This document shows, piece after piece, positions 54,249 through 63,050 of a stretch of 64,000 nucleotides of DNA. The translations under genes were made by a program, and so were the position numbers. Under the pieces are notes generated by a model. It did not search any database, was not told the DNA's origin, and worked only from the letters and a program-made list of their open reading frames with translations. Within the stretch, counting starts at the first letter, position 1; each line of letters begins with the position of its first letter. Source of the stretch: Pseudomonadales bacterium (lineage in GTDB: Bacteria; Pseudomonadota; Gammaproteobacteria; Pseudomonadales; Azotimanducaceae); NCBI GenBank assembly GCA_965116165.1, contig OZ220484.1, forward strand, positions 3,250,090 to 3,314,089, written 5' to 3'.

Positions 54249-56663
54249 TCAATCGCCGAGTAGCGCATAACGAACCTCGGCGTCGATGACGCGTTCCGCC
54301 GCGCGCAGCACATCGGCGACAAGCGCGGTTCCGGTCAGGTTGCCGTTCCCGCTCTTGATGACCGCGCCATCCTCCAACAGTTTGTCTAGGAATCCATCGA
54401 ACAGCCGCTTGTCGAAGAATTCCGGCGCATTGATGCCCTGTATGCGGGCCACCCGGTGCGCGATACGTTGGCTTTCCCCAAGCAATTCGGGCCGGCCGAT
54501 GGCCGAGCGGCTACCGGCGAGCAGGCTCAGCACGATGTAGTTGCGCTCTAGGAAGGGCCGCGCAATGCCGGCGAGCAAATGCAGGCGATAGTGTTCCGCC
54601 GCTTGGCCGGGCGGCGGTGCCAGGCGATCGTCCGCTGCGCGGATGAGGCCCGCATCCACCAGATGTCGGATCCAGCGCGGCGTATCGGTGCTGTTGACGC
54701 GAGCGTGCAGCTCGCGGGCCAGATAGGGAAACACAGTCTCGACCATGCGCTCCAGGGATGCCTGCGCCAGGGGACGCTGTCGTGTTTCGAGCAGACAGGC
54801 GATCAATGAGGGCAACGCCAGCGCATGGGCCACATTGTTGCGGTACCAAGTCATTAAAACAGCCGATGCGGGCGGCAATGCCAGTACGTTGCCGAAGTGC
54901 TGCTTCTCCCGGTTCAGCATGCCAAGCCGGGTCGCATGCTCAATGACCGCGCCGCCGTCCATTGCGGTGACTCGATAGTCGTGATGGGCGTGGTCGCGGC
55001 GCAGCAGACCAAGGTAACAGTCGATCTGCCTCGCGAGCAGTGGCTCGGTGATGGCCAATCGCGGTGTGCACAGCATCACCAGAGCCACCAGGTTCACCGG
55101 ATTGATCGAAGCCGCATCATTGACCCGCGTCAATATCTCTCGACCGAGTTGCCTCGCCGCCCCGCGGGTGCCCGTCTGCCCCGCAACCCATTCATCAAGC
55201 AGCAGCGGTGCTCCGAAATTGACCGCAACGCGCCCGAAATTTTGGCGGATCAGCCTGAGGCTGTGCAGGATATCCATGATCGATTCGCGCCGCTTCCGTG
55301 CGCCCCGCAACTCCTTGAGATACGCCGCCGCCTCAATCAGCCTTTCGTAGCCAAAGTAGACGGGAACCAGGGCGAGCGGGCGCGGCAAGCCACGCCGCGC
55401 ATGGACGATGGTCATCTCAAGCAGGCCGGTGCGGGCCGGTAAAAGCCGGCCGGTGCGCGACCGGCCGCCCTCGACGAAGAACTCCACGGAATGCCCGCGT
55501 CGATACACCTGATAAAGGTATTCCGAAAACAGCGCGGTACGCACGGGTTTGCCCCGGAAGCTGCGCGGCATGTAGAAGGCGCCGCCCTGCTTGAGCAGGT
55601 TGCCGAGCAAGGGCATGTTCATGTTATCCCCGGCGGCGATGTGCGGGAGCATCAGCCCCTTCCGGAACAACAAATAGGAAAGCAGCAGGTAGTCGATGTG
55701 GCTGCGGTGGCAGGGCAGGTAGACCAGCGTATGGGTTCTGCCGAGGGTGGCGATGCGCGCCAGCCCGCTCACCTCGATGCCGTCGTAGATGTGTCGCCAG
55801 AACCAGGAAAGCACACGCAAGGTGAAAAAGACGGTGGGGTAGGAGAGGTTCGCGGCCATTCGCAGTGCCACGCGTTGTGCCCGTTTGTGCTCGATGCGTC
55901 TGAATACCGCCACATCGCCCTCGTTTTGCGCGGCGGCTCGCGCCTCCTTGTCGATGGTGTCCCGCACGGCGCCGCTTTCCAGAACCTGCCGAACCAGGGT
56001 GCGGCGATGCGAAAAGTCCGGCCCGAGCACGGCCTCTTTTTGTTGTCGCAGCCGCACGCGCAACAACCGTGCCGCCCGTCGTGCCCGTCGCTCGGCCCCA
56101 CCCTTGGCGGCTTCCCTCAACGGTACGGGCTCGCCGAAGTCGACGACGATGTGCCGGCGCGAAATCAACAGGTTTACGAAGCGCCGCAACCCTGAGGTGG
56201 CGGCCCAATGTTCGGTGAACAGGAGCCGTACCAGAGACCGCTCGCGGCTCGTGGTACGGCCCCAAAACACCTGTACGGGCAACAAGGCGGCATTGCTGCT
56301 CGCGGCGGCGGGGTCGTCGAGCAGGCGCGTTAGACGACGGGGCACCGTGCGCATGGTGTTGCGGCCCCAGGCACCGGCCGGACGGTTTAGAACAAGGAAT
56401 CGTTGGGATTCCGCGAGGGCGCCAAGGCGCAGGCTTGATACGGGACTTGGCCAGTCCTGGTCCGCGCAGACCAGATCGAGTACAGCTAGGTCGGACAGCG
56501 ATTGCTGCGCCAATACGTATATCGGCTCATCGGGCAGGGGTTCCGTGGGCACCCGTGCCGGGCGCGGCCGCGACAGCAAACGGATGGTGGCGCGAATCAG
56601 GGGATATCCGTAGCGATGGACCATCGGGTGCGGCTGCTTGCGCTCGTTTGCCGATAACGACAT
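54249..56663 (-). CDS. plsB: Glycerol-3-phosphate 1-O-acyltransferase
   Basis: ~804 aa. HX4D acyltransferase motif 'CHRSHIDYLLLSY', 'FVEGGRSRTGRLL'. Start at ATG 56663. Confidence 0.92.
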   Translation of the reverse strand: MSLSANERKQPHPMVHRYGYPLIRATIRLLSRPRPARVPTEPLPDEPIYVLAQQSLSDLAVLDLVCADQDWPSPVSSLRLGALAESQRFLVLNRPAGAWGRNTMRTVPRRLTRLLDDPAAASSNAALLPVQVFWGRTTSRERSLVRLLFTEHWAATSGLRRFVNLLISRRHIVVDFGEPVPLREAAKGGAERRARRAARLLRVRLRQQKEAVLGPDFSHRRTLVRQVLESGAVRDTIDKEARAAAQNEGDVAVFRRIEHKRAQRVALRMAANLSYPTVFFTLRVLSWFWRHIYDGIEVSGLARIATLGRTHTLVYLPCHRSHIDYLLLSYLLFRKGLMLPHIAAGDNMNMPLLGNLLKQGGAFYMPRSFRGKPVRTALFSEYLYQVYRRGHSVEFFVEGGRSRTGRLLPARTGLLEMTIVHARRGLPRPLALVPVYFGYERLIEAAAYLKELRGARKRRESIMDILHSLRLIRQNFGRVAVNFGAPLLLDEWVAGQTGTRGAARQLGREILTRVNDAASINPVNLVALVMLCTPRLAITEPLLARQIDCYLGLLRRDHAHHDYRVTAMDGGAVIEHATRLGMLNREKQHFGNVLALPPASAVLMTWYRNNVAHALALPSLIACLLETRQRPLAQASLERMVETVFPYLARELHARVNSTDTPRWIRHLVDAGLIRAADDRLAPPPGQAAEHYRLHLLAGIARPFLERNYIVLSLLAGSRSAIGRPELLGESQRIAHRVARIQGINAPEFFDKRLFDGFLDKLLEDGAVIKSGNGNLTGTALVADVLRAAERVIDAEVRYALLGD

Positions 56664-56707
56664 TGTATTTGAGCCTTCTTCCGGGCAGGAATCCACCTCG
56701 GATGTTG

Positions 56708-56751
56708 GCCCTTGCCGGCCTCGCCACCTTCATGCACGAATAGGTCGGGCT
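56708..56751 (-). repeat. Family B copy B3
   Basis: Reverse complement AGCCCGACCTATTCGTGCATGAAGGTGGCGAGGCCGGCAAGGGC. Matches B1 and B2. Confidence 0.8.
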
Positions 56752-56803
56752 GGCAGCCTGTCGGACTTAGCCGTGCAGAATATCCTAAGGAAACTCTGAT
56801 TAA

Positions 56804-56887
56804 TCCTGTAGTCGGGACATACGGCTTAATAAAATCAATAGGTTACGAATAGATAAATGCTGCTCTATCGAATTGTTCAGACCTTCC
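56804..56887 (-). repeat. Family C copy C3
   Basis: Reverse complement GGAAGGTCTGAACAATTCGATAGAGCAGCATTTATCTATTCGTAACCTATTGATTTTATTAAGCCGTATGTCCCGACTACAGGATTAATCAGAG. Confidence 0.85.
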
Positions 56888-56993
56888 TTAATAGATAGTT
56901 AAGAAATTTGTTCGCGATAGGCTGAAGAGAAAATATCAAATTTCATCAACATGTTATGAAATTAAGAGCCATAAAGTCCGACGGGCTGCTGGG

Positions 56994-57093
56994 CAAGGTC
57001 TGAACAAGTCGATAGAGCGGCGTTGATATGATCGTAACCCATTGATTTTATTAACTCATATGCCGCGAATACAGGGCTAATCAGGGGTTTCCC
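56994..57093 (+). repeat. Family C copy C4 (inverted relative to C3; overlaps the gspD 3' end)
   Basis: CAAGGTCTGAACAAGTCGATAGAGCGGCGTTGATATGATCGTAACCCATTGATTTTATTAACTCATATGCCGCGAATACAGGGCTAATCAGGGGTTTCCC. The last ~5 codons and the stop of gspD (..RETPD*) are encoded by its terminal TAATCAGGGGTTTCCC. Confidence 0.85.
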
Positions 57094-59059
57094 GAGGCTC
57101 GGATGCGGGCACCTCTTCGTTTGGCCTGGAGGACCGCCCCTCGAACAACCCGTCGATGCGGTCTGCGACCGGTGTCGTGATCTCGACCTCCCAGATATCC
57201 CGGTATTTGCGCTCGGTGGCATCGTCGGCGGCGTCTTTGGAATGGATGATGGTTGGGCGCAGAAAGATCAGTAGGTTGGTTTTGTCGTTGGTGGTGGTGG
57301 TGGAGCGAAACAGAAAACCAAGACCCGGAACGTTCCCAAGTAGGGGTACTTTTCGCTTTGTTTCGGTGAGGTTGTCCTGAATCAGCCCGCCGAGCACGAT
57401 GATTTGCCGGTCGTCGGCAAGCACCGTTGTTTCGATTTCGCGCTTTGAGGTGACGACATCGGCGAACCCGGCGCTGCCGATCGGCGAATCCACCACGTTG
57501 GTGATCTGTTGGGCGATTTCCAGGCGCACAGATGTACCGTCGTGGACATGGGGGGTCACGGTGAGTTGCAGGCCCACATCCTCCCGCTGCACGGTGGTGA
57601 ATGGATTGCTTACGCCGTCGGCTTGGGTGGTGAAGGAGCCGGTGCGGAACGGCACCTCGTTGCCAACGACGATTTTTGCCTCTTGGTTGTCGAGGGTCAT
57701 GACACTCGGCGTGGAAAGCAGGTTGGCGTCGCTGGCCGTGCCGAGCGCGGTGATGATGCTGCCGAAGGAGAAGCCATCCGGGTTTATACGGGCCACCGCC
57801 AGGGTGGGGCTGGAAATACTGGCCAGCCCCGCGAGCACGTCCGCGTCGATTTGATTGCCGTCCTGATCGACGCTCAGGTTTTTCAACAGGTTGGCTATAA
57901 CACCGTCCAGCGCCGTGCTGGCTAGCGGCGAGGTGTTGCCCCTGGCATCGGCAACGGCGGTTTCGGCACCGATGCTGCGCTTGTCCATGATGCGCACTTC
58001 CACAACGGCCGCCTCGATCAGTACCTGGGTGCGGCGGATATCGAGTTGGGCGAGAATGTCGAGAATTTCGCCCATGGTGCTTGGCGTGGCGCGAATGATG
58101 ATGGCGTTCAGCGTTTCATCGGGCTGAATGGCCGCCTTCTGCGAATCCTCGCCGGAGGCGTGCTGTTCCAAGGTGCCGCGCAGCACCTCCGCGACCGTCG
58201 CCGCGTCGGCGTATTTCAAATGGACCACCCGCACCCCGCCGGTCGCGGTGGCCGGCTGATCGATCATCTCCACAATCTTTAGTATTTCGGACACCGGTCG
58301 CGGCTTGCCGCGCACGATCATCGAATTGTTGCGCTTGTTGGCGATGATCTGAATGCTTTGCGGCCCCGATGCCCCGGAGCCGATTTGGGAGGGTGCGAGG
58401 CGTTCCAGCAATTCCACCACCGTTTCCACCCAAGCCTCCTTGAGGGGCACCAGCACGGTTTCGTCCTCTTCGGCGACATCGATCTGCTCGATGATGCGCA
58501 TCAATCGCAGGATGTTGTCCGCGTGGTCGCCGATGATGACGATATTGGGCTCGGCCACGGCGGCGATGTGGCCGTATTGCGGGATGAGGGGGCGCAGAAT
58601 TTTCACCAATTCGGTGGATTCCACGTTTTGGGCGGCGATCACGCGGGTCACGAGTTCTTCCGGCGCCACTTGGGTAAGCCCGTCCTCGGTGCCGGGGGAC
58701 TGCTTGCCGATGGCGCTTTGCTGAATGCGAATGACATCCCCCGCCGGACTGGCGGTGAAGCCGTGTACGCGCAGGACGGAGAGAAACAGTTCGTAGATGC
58801 CGTTCGCGTTCAGCGGCGTGGTGGAGATGACGGTGACATCGCCTTTAAGGCGCGGGTCGACCACGAAGGTCTGGCCGGTAATTTCGGCGACTTGGGTGAC
58901 GAATTCGCGGATATCCGCGTTCTTGATGTTGATCGTCCAGGTTTGCTCCTGGGGGACGGCGGACACCACCGCGGGCGGAATCGGCAGCAGCAGGCAAAGT
59001 GTTGCGCCGAGTATGTTGCGGATGACTTTCAGGTTGTGGGGCATCTGGGGTTGCATCAA
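57077..59059 (-). CDS. gspD: Type II secretion system secretin
   Basis: 660 aa. Signal peptide, N0-N3 domains ('INIKNADIREFVTQVAEITGQTFVVDP'), secretin domain ('VPLLGNVPGLGFLFR'). Confidence 0.9.
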   Translation of the reverse strand: MMQPQMPHNLKVIRNILGATLCLLLPIPPAVVSAVPQEQTWTINIKNADIREFVTQVAEITGQTFVVDPRLKGDVTVISTTPLNANGIYELFLSVLRVHGFTASPAGDVIRIQQSAIGKQSPGTEDGLTQVAPEELVTRVIAAQNVESTELVKILRPLIPQYGHIAAVAEPNIVIIGDHADNILRLMRIIEQIDVAEEDETVLVPLKEAWVETVVELLERLAPSQIGSGASGPQSIQIIANKRNNSMIVRGKPRPVSEILKIVEMIDQPATATGGVRVVHLKYADAATVAEVLRGTLEQHASGEDSQKAAIQPDETLNAIIIRATPSTMGEILDILAQLDIRRTQVLIEAAVVEVRIMDKRSIGAETAVADARGNTSPLASTALDGVIANLLKNLSVDQDGNQIDADVLAGLASISSPTLAVARINPDGFSFGSIITALGTASDANLLSTPSVMTLDNQEAKIVVGNEVPFRTGSFTTQADGVSNPFTTVQREDVGLQLTVTPHVHDGTSVRLEIAQQITNVVDSPIGSAGFADVVTSKREIETTVLADDRQIIVLGGLIQDNLTETKRKVPLLGNVPGLGFLFRSTTTTNDKTNLLIFLRPTIIHSKDAADDATERKYRDIWEVEITTPVADRIDGLFEGRSSRPNEEVPASEPRETPD

Positions 59060-59105
59060 TTCCGCGTCGCTACCCTGCCCGTGGCTGGGCTCGGAGTGCG
59101 CATGA

Positions 59106-59126
59106 GATAGTTCGATGGAGCACTAG
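59106..59126 (-). repeat. Motif E copy 4 (CTAGTGCTCCATCGAACTATC on the minus strand)
   Basis: Located between the gspC stop and the gspD start, in the sense orientation of that operon. 17 of 21 positions match the consensus. Confidence 0.55.
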
Positions 59127-59141
59127 TCAACCCCGCGACGG

Positions 59142-60113
59142 TTATTTATTCGTTAATAGTTCCGGGTAGCGTGCGTCGAGGGTCGCGGTGATGAAAAACC
59201 GCCGCTGGCCGCGCTGCACCTCCAGCCGCGCCGCGCCCTGCGCAAGTACATTGTCGAGCTCCAGTCGGTCGCGATCCACATCGCCCACGGGCTGCCCGTT
59301 GATGGAGAGGATTACATCGCCGGACCGCAGGCCAGTTTGGCGCAGATAGGGAGATTGGGCAAGGCGGTCGAGGCGGTAGCCGGCGGGTCCATCGCCGCGG
59401 ACAGGGGTTAGGCCGAGTTCGCCCAGGACCTGCTGCGGGTCTTCCCCGAGCCTGTCCTCATAGCGCCGCACCAGTTCCGCTGGAGATGCCCCTTGCCGGT
59501 TGGGACGCGCCGCCTCCGGAGAGGCGGGCTTGGCGGGCCGCTGATTTTCCGGGTGCCCCGTCCCGGAAGCGCGGGCGCTGGTCACTGTCGGGGCTTCTTG
59601 CGGGGCGCTGGGCGTGGCTAGGCGTGTGTCGGGGTTGGGAAATGTCAGCCGTTCCCGGGAACGGCCGCGCCGCAGCAGAACGTGGTCGAGACGCACGGCC
59701 TCCAGGGTTGCGTTGCCGGGTACCTGGTCGCCGATGTGGTACACCGCTTCGGAACGCCCCTGGCGCGCCAAAATGGCGGTGGACGTCTCTGGATCATCCG
59801 CGACGAAAACGCCGTGCAGCACTAGGGGCAGGCGCGTTTCCACGAGGTTTTCACTGTCGGCCGCCGCCTGCTCGACGGCGTTGGCGTGGGCCATGCCAAA
59901 TAGGTTGGCACCTAGGATGCTGTCCAGGTCGGTGGCGGGGCGCGGCCTGTCGACGGTGCCCGCCACCGGTTGCGAGGGCTGTGCCGAATCTGTCTCCCGC
60001 GGTGTTGCGATGAACAATACCGTGCCGGCCAGCGTATAGGCCATGCCCAGCACGATGAGCCATTTGGCCGGTGTGGCGGTGTGCGCGACGAATGTTCTTG
60101 GCAGCGATTCCAT
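59142..60113 (-). CDS. gspC: Type II secretion system protein C
   Basis: N-terminal TM 'WLIVLGMAYTLAGTVLFIA', HR domain, Pro/Ala-rich linker, C-terminal PDZ 'LRSGDVILSINGQPV'. Immediately upstream of gspD. Confidence 0.8.
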   Translation of the reverse strand: MESLPRTFVAHTATPAKWLIVLGMAYTLAGTVLFIATPRETDSAQPSQPVAGTVDRPRPATDLDSILGANLFGMAHANAVEQAAADSENLVETRLPLVLHGVFVADDPETSTAILARQGRSEAVYHIGDQVPGNATLEAVRLDHVLLRRGRSRERLTFPNPDTRLATPSAPQEAPTVTSARASGTGHPENQRPAKPASPEAARPNRQGASPAELVRRYEDRLGEDPQQVLGELGLTPVRGDGPAGYRLDRLAQSPYLRQTGLRSGDVILSINGQPVGDVDRDRLELDNVLAQGAARLEVQRGQRRFFITATLDARYPELLTNK

Positions 60114-60242
60114 ATTTGCGCCGGTCACTATTCCACATGATGCGACCGGACACCAACAATGGCGCGACGGGCCGCCGACTCAAAGACCAAACTCATGGGC
60201 CCGGATTTGCCCAACCAATACGTTGGCCCGTCTCGATAGGCA

Positions 60243-60590
60243 CTGTCGGCGATGCGCCAAGCGGAAATTGCGTGCCTGTCGCCCCCGAGGCGGGCGCTCT
60301 GGCTGCTCCGTGTCACCAAGCAGTTTGACGCTTCGAATGTGGGACATCGCTTTCCAAGGCGCATTGTCTCATTGAACGCTTTTCGGAAGACATTCATCTC
60401 GCAATGTTGGCCAAGGTGTGAGTCAGTGTGCGACCTTTATCCCTTCCGTCATGGAAAATCAATGAGTTAGCACGCCGATTGGCGTCCTTCCCTGGTCCCG
60501 AATTGGAGCTGTTCCCTGCCTGTCCGTGCCGCGCAGCGGTGGGACGTGTTCCTTGAGCATCGGATGTTCGGGCAGTGACTGTGCAGACAT
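60243..60590 (-). pseudogene. Fused remnants: 5' end of a carotenoid-oxygenase paralogue + 3' end of a DUF4143-ATPase paralogue
   Basis: 60551-60590 is about 90% identical to 62822-62861 (start of the oxygenase gene; encodes MSAQSLPEHPML vs MSVQSLPEHPML). 60243-60345 is about 85% identical to 63342-63446. Its translation (..LVTRSSQSARLGGDRHAISAWRIADSAY) parallels the DUF4143 C-terminus (..LVTRGSQSALLGDSKRAISAWRIADIAY*). Confidence 0.7.
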
Positions 60591-60638
60591 TGGGCCAAGA
60601 CTCATGATATCGCATATGATGTGATAAGCTCACAATCC

Positions 60639-61064
60639 ATGTACAAATTTGTGTTGGACACGGATGTAGTCGTGGCAGCTATGCGTAGCCCTAGTGGCGC
60701 ATCTGCAGCCTTGTTGACCGCTGCACTAGACCGACGACTGGTAGTGCTAGCAAGCGTACCTCTGTTCATTGAGTATGAGGCAAAATGCACATCTTCAGTG
60801 CATTGGGAAGCTGCCAGCTTAACCCATGAGCAATCACTGACATTTGTTGACGGCTTGGCGGCTCTTGTTTCGCCGGTAAAGGTCCATTACTTGTGGCGTC
60901 CTACTTTGAAGGATCCAAATGACGAGATGGTGCTGGAAGCTGCTGTCAATGGAGGCGCAGAGGCTATTGTGACGTTTAACCAACGGGACTTTGGGTCCAT
61001 CCCCAACCAATTCAATGTTGAAGTTCTAACACCGACTATAGCAATAGGGAAAAGTGAGAGATGA
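60639..61064 (+). CDS. PIN-domain toxin (PIN_3 / TIGR00305-like)
   Basis: 'MYKFVLDTDVVVAAM', 'DPNDEMVLEAAVNGGAEAIVTFNQRDF' give the acidic PIN residues in the expected order. The stop overlaps the next ORF's start (ATGA). Confidence 0.8.
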   Translation: MYKFVLDTDVVVAAMRSPSGASAALLTAALDRRLVVLASVPLFIEYEAKCTSSVHWEAASLTHEQSLTFVDGLAALVSPVKVHYLWRPTLKDPNDEMVLEAAVNGGAEAIVTFNQRDFGSIPNQFNVEVLTPTIAIGKSER

Positions 61065-61312
61065 GTGAGACTTCGATTTATTCCTTGAGGCTACCAAAGT
61101 CATTGAAAAAGGAAGTGGCCATAGTCGCTAAGCGTGATGGCACCAGTATCAACCAGTTTATCTCTATTGCTGTTGCCGAAAAAATATCGGCTCTGGAAAC
61201 TGAGGAGTTCTTTGCGAACCGTACCAATGCCGCGGATATGAATGCCTTTAAGGCAATTCTAAACCGAGACGGCGGCGAACCACCGCGAGTTGGCGACGAA
61301 GTAGCGAGCTAG
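61061..61312 (+). CDS. Ribbon-helix-helix antitoxin (Arc/HicB-C-like)
   Basis: 'YSLRLPKSLKKEVAIVAKRDGTSINQFISIAVAEKI' is a typical RHH fold sequence. Toxin-first gene order, as in PIN_3 modules. Confidence 0.75.
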   Translation: MSETSIYSLRLPKSLKKEVAIVAKRDGTSINQFISIAVAEKISALETEEFFANRTNAADMNAFKAILNRDGGEPPRVGDEVAS

Positions 61313-61397
61313 GAGCCTGCGCCGTCCACCGAACAATTGGAGATGGACCGCCGCCACCCCGCGCCGCAGATCGTCACGGTGGGCGCAAACCAAGCCG

Positions 61398-62861
61398 CTA
61401 AGCGTTTCGCCAATTCCCATGCGGCGTGAATGGCACCCGATGCGGCAGCGCGATGGTGGCAAGCGGCCCGCTCGACAGGTTTTCCGCATCAAGTATCACG
61501 TAGTCCGACTTGTCCTCGTTGAACTTGTAGACATTCAGCATCAAGTAGCCTTCGCCCTCCGGGCCGTTCTCGCGCTTGGGGACGAAGACCGCCTCCGACA
61601 GATGGCAACCCGCTGGCAGTGCATGTTGTTCGGTGCTTGCGCCGGAGTGCAGGTCGTAGCGAATGACGTTGGTGAAGCCCTCGTAGATCTGGCCTGAAGC
61701 GTCGCTGGATCCAATGTCGAACAGGTACCGCGCATCGCGCCCCAATTGCCGCTCGTCGATGCGCGGGAACTCCACGCTGCGATCGTCGAGCCGCTCCTTG
61801 GACATCTCCCCGGAGTCAAGGTCGAGCGTCCATCGCGTCAGCACGGCCTTCTGGAATTCCTGCCAGGTGTTCTCAAGGCCGTCCGCGGGGAATGCGGCCA
61901 CCGGGAACTCCGGCGATACGCAGACAATCCGGTTGTTCTCGGCATGCGCGTTGCCCGTGTGCAGCACATAGCATGGGTCGCCCTCGAACCACTTCACTGC
62001 ACCGCCGCTTCTGGGCATCACGGCGACATGTGTGCCCAAGTCGGGCTCCCATCCCATGATGCAACGCCCCCGCTCAACGCGCCCATGCCTGAATGTTGTT
62101 GGAAACAAGGGAATGACCACATGGGTCTCGGTCAACAGCATGTCATGAACATAAGCGGGAAAGGGCGCGTCGATATCCTGCCTTAGGGTGAGTTCCCCGT
62201 CAGCCGAAACGACGTAGAAGGTCAGGTAAGGCTCCTCGGTGCTGAACCCGTAGCCGAACATTTCCCCGGTCACGGGATCGATCTTCGGGTGGGCGCAGAA
62301 GAACCCATCCTCCGAATTGACGCGCGGCGTCACGCCGTCGCCGAGCCGGTTTGACCAGTTCACGATGCCGGTCGTTTCCAGGGACTCGGGATCCAAAACC
62401 AACGGCGCGACCGCATCCTCGCCCATGGCCAACAATTGGTTGCCGTGCCAAACGATGTTGGTGTTCGCGACGCCCGCGGGAACGCCTTCGTTTTCCGGGG
62501 AGCGCAGAATCCGCTCCCAGCCCATGTTGCGATGATCGGGGAAGCCGCCTTCCCACTCGAAGGCGCCCCGGCCCAGTGAATCCTCAAGCGTGAGCTTGGG
62601 GGTTTTGACCCATCGGTTCCTGAAGTGTGCCCTTCCGTTTTCGAGATAGAGGCCGTAGGCCATGCCGTCACCCATGTGGAAGCCGTAAACCCCCTGCCGT
62701 GGCCGGTACTTCGGGTTGGGGCCAATCCGATAGTAGGCGCCGGAGATGTCGCGGGGGATCTCGCCTTGCACGACCGGCAGGTTATGGAGCTCGTGCTCGA
62801 CGCGCAGTGGTTGGAACGGCCCCTGGAGCATCGGATGTTCAGGCAGTGACTGTACAGACAT
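61398..62861 (-). CDS. Carotenoid cleavage oxygenase family protein
   Basis: Four conserved His contexts: 'FCAHPKIDPVTGEM', 'YVHDMLLTETHVV', 'VLHTGNAHAEN', 'RVPFTPHGNW'. Start at ATG 62861. Confidence 0.88.
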   Translation of the reverse strand: MSVQSLPEHPMLQGPFQPLRVEHELHNLPVVQGEIPRDISGAYYRIGPNPKYRPRQGVYGFHMGDGMAYGLYLENGRAHFRNRWVKTPKLTLEDSLGRGAFEWEGGFPDHRNMGWERILRSPENEGVPAGVANTNIVWHGNQLLAMGEDAVAPLVLDPESLETTGIVNWSNRLGDGVTPRVNSEDGFFCAHPKIDPVTGEMFGYGFSTEEPYLTFYVVSADGELTLRQDIDAPFPAYVHDMLLTETHVVIPLFPTTFRHGRVERGRCIMGWEPDLGTHVAVMPRSGGAVKWFEGDPCYVLHTGNAHAENNRIVCVSPEFPVAAFPADGLENTWQEFQKAVLTRWTLDLDSGEMSKERLDDRSVEFPRIDERQLGRDARYLFDIGSSDASGQIYEGFTNVIRYDLHSGASTEQHALPAGCHLSEAVFVPKRENGPEGEGYLMLNVYKFNEDKSDYVILDAENLSSGPLATIALPHRVPFTPHGNWRNA

Positions 62862-63050
62862 GGGGTTCCTCGCTGTTGATGCCATGTTCACTAAAGGTGT
62901 TGACCACACCGCTTCTACACACAACCGGAAATTATGCCAATAATTTTAATCGAACGCCGAACGCTATGATTTGATCATATTGACATCGACTGCATCCCTA
63001 TACGATTGGCTCCAGAGTCTGCGATACAGCCGACATCATCAGCGTCGAGA

